A stretch of DNA of 63,261 nt, filler included, from Phoronis australis (taxonomy: Eukaryota > Animalia > Phoronida): the NCBI GenBank assembly GCA_002633005.1. It is 5 parts of 5 records of this genome, joined end to end, with 100 filler letters (N's around TTAATTAATTAA, not from the genome) between each part and the next. Parts side by side here need not be neighbours in the genome. Positions count along the whole stretch, not along the records: positions 20,630 to 50,711 come from NMRA01000488.1; 4 more parts are not named here. The stretch is one strand, 5' to 3'. The notes under the pieces are model-generated. The model ran no database searches, was not told the DNA's origin, and saw nothing but the letters and a program-made list of their open reading frames with translations. Each line of letters begins with the position of its first letter. Positions within the stretch are counted from its first letter, which is position 1. Made by a program: the position numbers and the translations under genes. Positions 26,601 through 38,200 of this stretch are shown one piece after another.

Positions 26601-26854
26601 TGACTCACAGCGGATTGGCTGTGGTATTAACTGGTTTATATGATTGTGTGCTTACCATCCTCCAAGTCCTTGTTTATTTCAGTAGGCCAAGACTGCACAT
26701 AAGCTTGCAGGACCGTATTCCTTAACTCCTACTTGCAGTCATTGCAACAAAGACCATGGAGTCCGACTACCGTCCTCTACAGAAGAAAATGTCTGGTATG
26801 ATCGGCGACTATAACACTATGCTGCAGAGTCGACTTTCTGGGAAAATTCAGTGA
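20630..26854 (+). CDS. IFT74: Intraflagellar transport protein 74, 3' part (5' end lost at the gap), 9 exons
   Basis: Exons 20630-20731, 21498-21682, 22656-22789, 23016-23113, 23699-23819, 24261-24424, 24919-25044, 26182-26242 and 26739-26854 (TGA). All are GT-AG and phase-consistent. Peptides [81 protein letters not shown] match the vertebrate IFT74 C-terminus as recalled. Confidence 0.96.
21138..21470. mobile_element. ~330-bp non-autonomous element with Kolobok-like ends; second copy ~30627-30981
   Basis: AGCTGCATTT...AAATGTAGCT termini with degenerate TTAA flanks. Shared internal blocks TGTTGAA(C/T)TCTTAACCAAAG..TTTGGGGTTTAAAAA and AAATAGAATCCTATC. Confidence 0.65.
26243..26738 (+). other. 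U12-type (minor spliceosome) GT-AG intron of IFT74
   Basis: 5' splice site GTATCCTTT; branch site TTCCTTAAC at 26718-26726, 12 nt before the exon. Confidence 0.93.
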
Positions 26855-27598
26855 GGCGAAATAAGTCAATAGAGAAGGGAATGCCTGATCAGGGTCTTGT
26901 GCCGGTGTTTAGATATGTGTTCATAAGTGGCAGATTCAGATTATTTTGACGAAAGCTGCTATCCTCTTTGGATAACTTGTTCTCAGCCACGTAATTATTG
27001 ACAAGTCCTGTGGCTCACTTAGAGAAAACTTTCATATTTCATACAATGCGATTGGTGCGTTTTCAGGTCATTCCAAGTGAATTGGTTGGCTGGTTCTAAA
27101 CTGCCAAGAACTATGCGTGGCATCAGTTTTGCATCAACATTTCGACATTCTGGGAAATGTGCTGAGGTCGTTCCGTTCACCACACTTGATTTGTAATTCG
27201 TTATTGGAGAAATTATTTATTTTTGAGAATTTATAAAACGCATTAAAGGATTGCAAATAATTCGACCGTCTGAAAAGGATAGAGAAATTCTCATGGTTGT
27301 AAGTTATATAAAGTGCATTTGGAAGCCTAAAACTTTTCAATTGTATGTTGGCATTGTAATGTGTACCAATCTTAGAACAGAACTTGAAATACTCAATGAA
27401 AAATACAACTAAACTGCAGTCACACACACACCTAAAATATTGTCCGTATTACCTGTGCGCCCCCTTGTGTATGCATGCCAAATCTCTCCCATGTGATCCT
27501 TACAGCATGCTTCAACATCCCCCGATTTCATTTGTAACCTTGATTATACATATTTTGAGTTATTTATTGTAGTTCTATGGAAATGGATTTGCAACACC

Positions 27599-27604
27599 AA
27601 TAAA
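27599..27604 (+). terminator. Probable IFT74 polyadenylation signal
   Basis: AATAAA ~745 nt after the stop, followed by GT/T-rich sequence. Confidence 0.55.
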
Positions 27605-28584
27605 TGTTTGTTTTCATGCCATCTGTGTTTGTCCGTGTAATATTGCCTTGAGGACTGTCACAGTAGTAACTTATCAGGTGGAATTGATCTCATGCAATGA
27701 CCGAAAATGTAGGGCAGTATCCAATTTTTATTTCCTTAAACACTGTTTACAATGAGGTGATATACATGAATCCTCAAGATTGTTGACAATTGAATGTTAT
27801 ATGACACTGCGTATTAGACAAAATTAATAATGATTTAAAATATCTTCCATCAATTTTTCATCAGGTTTTACAAACAAGTACCATAAGAACTACATCTTAA
27901 CAGGCTTCAAGGGCAAACACTTTCTGGAAGCACATTTATACAATATTTTCTTAAATTATGACTTCCTGCATGCAAGCATGAACAAATTTAGTTTGCGTTT
28001 AGTCATTACCATATATGGATTATCCAGTAAAAGGATTGCAATTTAGTAAATTATCACCAAAATTCAGAGTTTATAAATCAGTTTTTACATCGCATCAGTA
28101 CAAAGAAGACGGATAATTTCTGTTACTGGTACTGACCCAAGTAAATATTGAATGGACATTGAAACAAATGAACTTCTCTTGTGATTGGAGTAAATCGACC
28201 TTTTTACAGACAGCAAAAATCTGTGCATTCTAGAGCATAGATTTTGAGACAGGAATCAAAAGGTGTTACGCAGGTGATCCTCTGCTTTGATAAGCTGGCA
28301 GCTGATTTTCAATAAGTGCTACCAGTTTACTCGTATATACGATACAACTTTACTTATGGTTGTCTGAAATACTAGACGTATTAAAATGGGGTGATATCTA
28401 CAGATTGTTCATCTATGTCTACCAGCAGTGCTGGCTCAGATGATCTCTATCTCACAATCCTTTCAGCATAAAACGTCTTCTACTATATGTCAAAAGGCCA
28501 AAGTAGTCAGTCAATAGAATACTATCTAAAAAGTTATGAACAAAACCATCTTCCTCTCCTACTGTTCTCCAAATGTCAGCGTAA

Positions 28585-28845
28585 GTGATGCATCATTTTG
28601 GTCAACATATTCAAAAGTTTTCAACATGAATTATCAAAGTCAGCAGTATAATGACCATAACAACAATCTAGTACAATATCAGCATGTGTGATGCATCATT
28701 TTGGTCAACGTACATGTATTTAAGGATTCTCAACGTGCATTCTCAAATTCAGCAGAGTAATGACCATAACAACAATACAAAATGATATCAACATGTGTGA
28801 TGCACTATTTCCATCACCATAATCAAGGATTGTCAACACAAACCG
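28585..28845. repeat. Diverged tandem repeat, ~2.5 copies of ~105 bp
   Basis: Units begin GTGATGCA at 28585, 28688 and 28797 and share TAATGACCATAACAACAAT. Confidence 0.8.
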
Positions 28846-31620
28846 TCCAATATGTCACAGCATAGACATCACCTCCATGGTGAAAACAAGGAAAATATCA
28901 GCAGTCCATAGCAACAGTGGCAACAGAGTAGACATGAATTTCCAATGAGGAAGCACCCGAATGCATACAGCATTCACAAGCAGAACGAACAATACAACAA
29001 TAAACATCGACTGCTCATGTGCCTAAAACACCTAGGGATATTTTTTTCTGGGGTATGCAGGGATTTTGCCTACAGAAGGTAACTTTTTAGTGAAACGACC
29101 TCATAAAGGTTTGCTAAATAATAATTTTTGGCAAGATATTGATAGAGTACAAACTTCTAGAAAACCTGATGATGAAGGGTATAAATTCTGTCATCAAAAA
29201 CCAAATGAGGTACAAAAAATTCTATGTAAATTTGTTTCTGCACAACCATCAAAGATCAAAGATTGGATTAACTCTCCTGCTCCTCTACAACATAGCAAGC
29301 ATTGAAAGCACCAAGAGTATTCAGAGATTACATTCAGATCGAACAGAAAATCTACAATCTCACATTAGGTACAAGAATAACATTCAAAACTTAACTTTTG
29401 AAATTCCCTTTCCTGATAAAAACATCAAGCATGATCATGTACTAAATGTAAACATATATAATCTTAATAAAATATACACAGAAAGCACATTAAAAACTAT
29501 GTTCATAAACAAAATTAATACTAACATCATATTACTCAATTTGAGCTTTACTGAAGATTACTGTTAATTCTTAATTACATTGGTAGAGGAAAATCCAGTG
29601 TCTCAAATTATGACATAATTGAAAAATATGTTAACGATCAGTTTGGGACACTATATGCGACGTTTGTATGGTGTAACTCGCCTAATAGCATTTGGTGAAA
29701 TTTTGAGCATTCACAACAATGTCACGAGCCTCTGAAAAATAGAAATAAGGCAGTTTTAACAATCAATTTTGTCCCAAATTGACGAATATTTATTACAGCT
29801 CATTAACAACTACCTACGTTATGAAATGTCTATTGTACTAAGAACACTGATCTGTTATAAATAAGAGTTAACTACAAGCATTCTCTTCATTCTAAATTAA
29901 AATACATCCTAACAATAGTACAACAGTCAATGCTACTAAGACTGTTACTACACAGACTAGTGTTGTTGAGATTTCAAAACAAAATATTTAACACCTATTC
30001 CTGCAATATCTTTTACAGTACAAAACTAAAGTAATCAAACAAAACGCCATTTCCTTACGACAGCCAGTTCTATTAACGGCAAAAATGAATGGTAATAACC
30101 ATCGTGGCAGCAAATTTGTTACTGAACAATGACCTAGCCACAGTGCTAACTTTATGATTAATTCCCCATCATCCTCCATTGTTAGGTAGAACTACACTAA
30201 TGATAAATACGGCTTCTACCAAGCCGTCAAAACGGAAAATTCCGAATCATTTTGTTTGAATACTTTGACATGTACTGCGTATAAAGCACCTTCATTGGTA
30301 GTGTAACAAAACAAAATCTCCAGCAGTTTTATTATGGAAGGCAGATCTGTCAAAAAGGCACTTCTTTTAAAATATCAATGGACTCAACAGTTTGGAGTTT
30401 AACAGATAAAATACCTTGGAGTGGTGCAAGGTAGTCGGAAGAATGTACAAAATAAGTTACGTAACTCTTGTTTGTTGCTAGGGTTTCATCACATTCAACT
30501 TTCCTTCACATATTTCCTGTCTAGAACAAAAAGGATTATCTGATATTTGGTGTGTACCTAAAATGCAAAACAGCTAGATAAAACGTATGTGCTTGCTGTT
30601 CACATTCTGAAATTTTTCATTGTAAAACTGGCAGCAAATCACCCCGAAACCTAACGCTTTGACCAATAAACGGGTCATTTCGTCAGTGTTTAGCCGACGA
30701 TGTTGAATTCTTAACCAAAGGGCTTTGGGGTTTAAAAAAAATTACAAATTACCACGCTTGAACTATTGCCAAATGCAATTACAGCCAATCCTTACAAGAA
30801 TCATTTTCTAACAATTTCAGGGTCAGCTAACCCCAATAAACTAACAAGTGTTTTCTTGACTAACCAGTGTTTTGGTGACTTTTGTCGGAAATAGAATCCT
30901 ATCGTAACGAACATTATGGCACTGAGTAAAATGCCGAATTCGATTTTCGCTTCATCCAGCTAATCAGGGTGAAATGCAGCCTTCAATTGGAAGCATTAAA
31001 GTTACAGCAACCACAATAAATAACAATGTATGAAATTTCTAACACAATTCGAGGTGAAAGAAAACCACCTCCTCACATAAATAAAACAAATAATATCAGA
31101 AAATCTGGAACAGTTCAACTACAAAATCCATTACATAGGTAACAGTTTACAATTTTGTGGAAAGATGGCACTGCGAGTTAAACATTAAAACCAATTGTTA
31201 CAACTGAGAAAACTTGTTCTAGTTGCACATATGTACAGACCTGTGGGAGGAAATATAATGTACATTGACGTGTTCAGTGACATATTTTGCAGATTTTAAC
31301 ATGATTTTTAAAAGAAATAATCTTACAAACAACAGTTTGGAGATGTTAAACCAAAAAGCATCGAATTGTACCACAAGTATTTCTGTGAGAACATTTCTTT
31401 TATGAAAACGTGAAAACAAAAAATGTTAAGATCAAGCAATCTCAGAAGCGTGCAATGAAAGCACATTCACTAAAGAGTGGATAAAGTACTCAATTAAGAA
31501 AGAAAATTCTTTAACCATTCTGCTACAAACCAATAAGTAAACCTGATTTAAGCCAACAACGCGTCACATACAAATGTAAACACAAACAGTAAAAATCACG
31601 TGACTTGACCCAAGAGGTCA

Positions 31621-34600
31621 CTACTTCTGCTTGAGTTCCGTCATCTGCGTACCCACAGGTAGTTCACTACTCTCTTCTGATGGTGTGGGAGACGAGGCAC
31701 TGACGATTGGAGTACAGTCGCTGGGCTGAACCGGTCGGCGCATCACAGTTGAGTTCCACCAAGCTGAAAAACAATACGCGACTCAGAGGTGATAACGGTT
31801 AAAATTAAAGTGCCATCTAAATGCAATGCATGTCGCTGCACAATTCACAACATATATAATATGTCAACAAGTGTGAGAATGAATTAACGAAGAACAATTA
31901 GTTGCGGTCTCAACCACAGACTGCCACCTGGGCACGGGGTCTAATTTCTATGCTCCAAACTCCACTCCAAAACTGAACAAACAGTCCACAAATAAAGACA
32001 TAAACTCGAGTCACAATTTATGTTCAAAGAAATGCTATTTTAGAAATGAGTTTTAAAATGACACCAACTATGGTCAAACAAAATAAATTCTGTCACTACT
32101 TGCTTTCTTTTTTCACTTTTGGAAACCAAGTTTTCTGAATGCATATCAACCAACAAATCACTTATATGTATAACACGTGCGCACCTAGCCTAAAAAATGG
32201 GGGCTTGCATTTTTGAGAACGTGGACCTTTTACTAAAAGAAAAAAAGGGTACGTTCAGAGCTATGAATTGCACATTCTCCAAATTTTGGTAGTTCCTGCC
32301 TTTTTAGTGGACTTTTATCTCGTTTTCTACTTTTTGTTTCTCTAAGGTTGACCTTTTTGCCCACTTTGCCAAATGGGGGCCTCATGCGAGCCCCCCCCCC
32401 GAGCCCCTCCCTGGGTGCATGCATGCATATCATCTTTGAGACTGCATTCAAAACCTACATGGCAGAAGATTCTTGATAAATTTTTTCCGCTCCTCGTGTT
32501 TCTTGGTTTCTTCCTCCTCATTGCCATTCGTCGACTTGCCAACGGTGATGAAGAAAACACCAACGAAGCACAGAAAACACCTGGAAGCACACGTACCATG
32601 TCTTCTAAGAGTCGTCCCAACCATTAAAATGAGGAGACAGTGTGGGGCAGTGGTTTGAACTTTAAGCGCTCGTTTGGGAGACACCGGTTCAAATCCTGGC
32701 TTTACTGGCCAACAATTGAGAAATGCAAAAAGGTGTCTCCTACTCCTCAGAGCTCAGTCTCAGTGAGTGTATGCAAGGGAGCAAACAACTACCACTTTCA
32801 TTATCATTAAGATTATTGAGCACATAAAACTATGGGCTTTTACATGAAATAGGAATTATACTAGTTCAACATTGTTTGGAACAGCTGAGGTCAGATCTCT
32901 CTAATGAGTGCAGTTGTCAATGTAATATTGGTCTCATCATGACCCCTACTCAGATTCGAAGTGATGTCTGAGCTTGGGAATGACACTTTGTTATTGCTGA
33001 TACAAGACTCAAAAAACACAAAAAACACAAAAAACAGCTTGACTGGAGAGGCTATTTTCTGTGCTGAGCTCGTGTTTGATACGACTTACTTTTATTGGTC
33101 TTAGCTCGATCCTTACCCAGACATGGCGTTATTTTTGTACTTGATAAGAATGGTTCACTGTTGCTTAAAGCAATGCTCAATAAGTTGGCTTGATGCGCCA
33201 TCATTTTGTGTGCTGTATGAGGACTCGAAATAGGCTAGTTCCATACCCAATACCCAGACACTTGATGGCATGAATAGCAAGTACTAATGAATAAACATGT
33301 TTCAGACAGGACAACTTTGTGAACAAAAACATGTGATATTTCAACATTATTTCACTACCTTACCTGTGAGTAACAGTTTAGTTTCTTTTATTATAAAATA
33401 ACTTCATCTTTAAAACTCTTCTGCGGCTCATTCAAGTTAGTTCCGACCATCGAGACACGCACAAATGGAATTTAATACTTGCAGGCTTTAAGCGTTTTAA
33501 TTTCACGTAAAATGTCTCATTCCATTGGGGCATCAAATGAGGCATCAGATTTGAAGATATTTCAGAGTGATTGACCTATTGCTGATATCATAAACGATAT
33601 GGTGTTAAGTACCCTAGCCCAATACAGGCTCAGGTATCAACGTTGCAAAATGTAACCACACAACTTTAGTTTGGAACTTTCTAAACCTGCACTCAATACA
33701 TCTCTCATGCACATTTAACCTCTTTTTAAATACCAATTTTGAACATTACCAGCAAATTAAATAATACAATGCACGAATTAAAATAAGGATTATTATAAAA
33801 TAGAAAAACATCCCATTAGTAAGCATGGAGGCAGTGTACATTCAAAAGCTGTACTCACCCAAACAAGAACATAAATATGTCTATTGCAAGCATTCCCCAT
33901 AGTTCTTGATAAAACATGATGCCTAAAATATAAGAAATGTTTGCCGTCAATTTAACAGTAATTCAAAACCAGCAATATCTCAAAATTGAACCCGGAACAA
34001 AGATGTGGTCAGGCATTAGAAAAGCAGTGTAAGTTCACACACGAAATGGGAAACCACCTCCAAGTTTGGTTGTAAGGTTCTTTCAAACGACAGTCATTTT
34101 ATATATGAGTATGTAAATCTCAAACCGGCATGGTAATAGAGATCACAAACATGTTTCGTCTAGTCAGCATGCCATATGTTGGCCACATATAAGTCTGAAA
34201 AGATTTCTGCCCCGACCGGGACTCAAACCCGCGACCTTCTGCTTACTGTGCAAGACAGTCCCAGGTTTCCTCTAGTTTGTGTATTGTGTATAATTATACC
34301 ATTTATGGTTAGGATCCGTAGCTATAAGGAAATGAACAATATTACACCCAAACAATTTCCATAATTGCCATCAGTTTATAACCAGGAATATAATAAGCAT
34401 AATTCAACCACTCAAACACCTCCATCTACAGAATGCTATCAGCGCCACCTACCTGCTAAAATTGCACTAATTGTAAAAAACACAAAGTTTGTTGGAACTA
34501 CAACGGTGGCTTCGAATGTTTTCATGGCTTGGTTTAAGAACCTGAAAACAAACCAAAAATGTGATCCACACTTAATGAAACATTTCACTCGGCACCCAAC

Positions 34601-35193
34601 AATTTGGTTCAAGGAAGAAATTGCATGAAAACCATTAAGCAATTTAAATTTTTTAATAAGAAAATTTTACTTTCAGCATTAACATCAAAACAGTATCATG
34701 TAACTTCAGTAGAAAAATCTTCAACATAAAATCTCTGTTAGCAGCCGAGGCCTATCAAATACAGAACAAGCAGATAACTAATGCTTTAAATGAATGGTTT
34801 GCAAACAGCCATAGACATAGGAGTACTAGAATATCTTAATTGCAAAGCTTCAATGCATGTTTTAATGCATGTCATCAAATGGCAATTAAATAAATATCTG
34901 GAATATTAGAAAACCATGCTTTAACCTCACGTTAATCTATCGTGTCACAGCTAATTGCATTGATAGGCAGTAAAAACGCAATTTGTCTGTTCAGAGAAAT
35001 GTCAGAAATCAAACCTGACATTTGAATGCTAAGACAGACTTAGCAGAGAGCTTTCTAAGCGAACTAAGACTAAATAAGCTACTTGGCAAATAATAAGGTA
35101 ATTAAGCAAAAAAACAGCAGGATGAAGCGCCCTTTACAGTTGATCTACTATAAATATATACATATATATATATATTATGTACATACGTACATG

Positions 35194-35236
<43 letters not shown>

Positions 35237-38200
35237 ACAAACACACACACACACATATATATAATTAGCAATACATTCTTATACATTTTGTAAATTGCAG
35301 TTCGCCATGAAAATTAAATACCACAACTGCAAATTGTATGACAATTCTTCACCCATTTAGAATGTGGGATTTTAATTTCAAAAATTTCTTAACAAGCTCA
35401 ACAATTATCAAGAACATCCTTTACTTCATTATTAACACAATTTGCACTGCACATAAAAGTAAGATTGAAAGAAGCAAGTAATAATAATTACTTGCGTGCA
35501 AATAACAGAAATCTTGCGTTCCACCGAACAACAAACTTCAAACTGGTTCTCACTATCCGGGACCCTCTATTAGCAAGTGACTATTGTCTGCAGATGTACA
35601 CAGAGGCATGGGCAACCAAGCATGTCACAACAGCCCTGTGGGGTCTAACTACGGCCAAACACTTAATAAACTTACTTGACTTGAAACACTGCCGTACCCA
35701 GCATGACAATCAACATCACATAAATGACGGGCGAGCCAAGCTGTGAGATGCCTCGCACACTCAGTTGTATCAGACCAGATGCAGCCTTAGCTGATATCAC
35801 TGTCACTGAACCTGTAGTACAAGAATATAATCAGAGTCGTGATATCAGTATCAGTTATCATTATCACCATTATCGGTATCATTACCACAAAACAATAAAT
35901 TCTTTAGGCCAACGTTATACACTCAGCTACCACCACTACTACTGCCATTACAAATTCGGTAAGAATTCTCCAGTTTAGGAGTCTCTTAATTTGGGACACC
36001 GAAATCCAAGCCACGATTGAACTTTCTTGATTGTAACGATATTGGTGTTCCTTACAGGGATATACCCAGGTTTCAAAACCCTGCTCGCCAGCTGGGCAAG
36101 CGACTCAGAAAATCTACTCGCTCAGCCCGATATTCAGTCGCCCGGCCGTTTGCGTCTATCACCACTAACTTGCTGCCAGGGTAAATAAAAATCATCGTTT
36201 CGTGCGTTGATGTCACCATCTATTAGGGCTACCGTATTCACCCAGGATGCTTAGAAAAATTCATTTCGGAAGGGGGCGCTTGTTGCAGCCTAAGGCGGTT
36301 GAAACCCGGTCTCCGACAATGGGTGAACTCAAATTTATGAGCTGTGACGTATTTGTAACCTATGACAGACTTTCTACAAAACTGTGGTGCATTGCTATCA
36401 AACATTGTTGTTAAATTACGATCCTTTTTTAAAAAAAATGTGCTGAAATCTCATGGCGAAAACTTGCCGACTGATGCGTCGCTGCCTTGTGATCGTCGAT
36501 AGGGCAACTTGAATTCTTGAGTAACAATACAGTTTCGACTCAACAAAGTACCTGAAATCCTCCTTAAAGGAGAATGCCACCCAAAAAACAACCTATTTTG
36601 TATCAATTTAGATAGAGTAGTTCCACTCGATAACAGCAAGTATGGTTCTTTAACCTGACAGAAGACGGCAGACAGAGGTGTTGAAATTAACCAATGACAT
36701 CAGAAGTTCGAACGCAGTTTGTTCAGCTGTTCACAACACGCTTACTGGTGTCAGCTTATCGCGGGTTGAATTCATCGTTTTACACCAAAAAATCAACATA
36801 ATTCGATGTAAAACCCTTACAAATACAACCGAGTTATTGAACAAATGTGTTGTTTTATTTTGCTGTTACGCATTTACAGGTACTGGAACATACCGTAGCC
36901 TACAAAGTTCGGTAGGCCAATTTACCAAGGTCGGTCGCGGGAGTTTTGGGCCCTGTTCAGTGATAAATTCAAATTATTCGTCCGTGAAATACAGACAGGG
37001 GAACATAGCTGTGTGTTGTAATTTTAGACTTGCGATTTTTTTCAGTTCTTAACACACAAAAACGCTCGTTATCCCGGCCAGTGGCTCGGAACCCGATCAG
37101 GCCAGTCGCGGCCGACCTGAAGACATCACAAACATAAACCAGCCAAAGTTAGAAACTAAACTTCCAGTCACGAAAAGACTATACTAGTGAGCCAAAGAAA
37201 TAATGTACACATGATTATCTTTGTGAATTAGACGCGAAACTACAAATCTACTTACTAGCTCATCGGGGGCCGCGAAGTCAGGTTACCCTTCCATTGCAAA
37301 ACCGTCAGGGCAAAAGTTGCACAGTAACAAATATCTAAATAAAGATTCCCCTAACATCTGACCATAGGATATACAATCGAGATATTGTTTCACAACAGCT
37401 TTCTGTCAGCAAACACTGAATTAGCGTGCACTCACATGGCTAACATGTGGAGAAATTCTCACTTACACTGGTGACTGCTCTGATTCCCGAAGCCCCAGAC
37501 AACTTTCGCATTGCCTATTCAGCACCCCTTTGTATTGATGTAGATCTGAGCTAATGAAGCTAGCATTACTGTCTCAACAATGGTTGTTGTTAGTATTCCC
37601 AATTTGGTTTTCCCTGACATTTACAGAGTTATAGCCTGCAACTCTGGAGAGTAGTTTTAACTTGGTACATTATAAATATTACAAAATGACTAAAAAGGTT
37701 AACTCGTGTTTATCTTCACAAAGACCACTTCCCAAAAGAACGTTAAGTTTCATATTTGTTTTCGTTACTTAATTTTTAATGCTTCTGCCCACTTGTTTTT
37801 CGTTTTCTTACCGGGAACGGGCTGATAAATTTTTATCTAAGTTTTAAACTTGAAGTACCAAAACAGTGATAGATTTTAATCGCCAGCTAAACTTAATAAA
37901 TTAAGTTCATTGTCAGCCCATCCCTAAACTTACCACGTTACAGGTACCCTAAACATTTCATGTGTCATTAAAGTTTAATCTTTATTTGAACTCAAATCAT
38001 AAAATATATACATAAGTGCAAGTATGGTGATAACCAAACTGAAGATTTGGAATCTCAGGGCAATTTTGGTGGCACTGACTATATAACTATTTTAGCTCTT
38101 TGTCAGTAATAAAAAATGAAAAGTGGGCACAACAATTGTTTCCCGGTCAAAAAACTGGTTAAACAAGATTGAAAGAATATTAAAAAATGAATCCATGTAT

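Noticed and set aside
29066-29567. 142-aa and 79-aa ORFs between IFT74 and NIPAL2
   Set aside because: A-rich low-complexity translation with no recognisable motif; probably antisense to a 3' UTR.
34190-34265. Possible tRNA gene (also ~32640-32710)
   Set aside because: Only B-box/T-arm-like parts are present with no full cloverleaf; treated as SINE debris.
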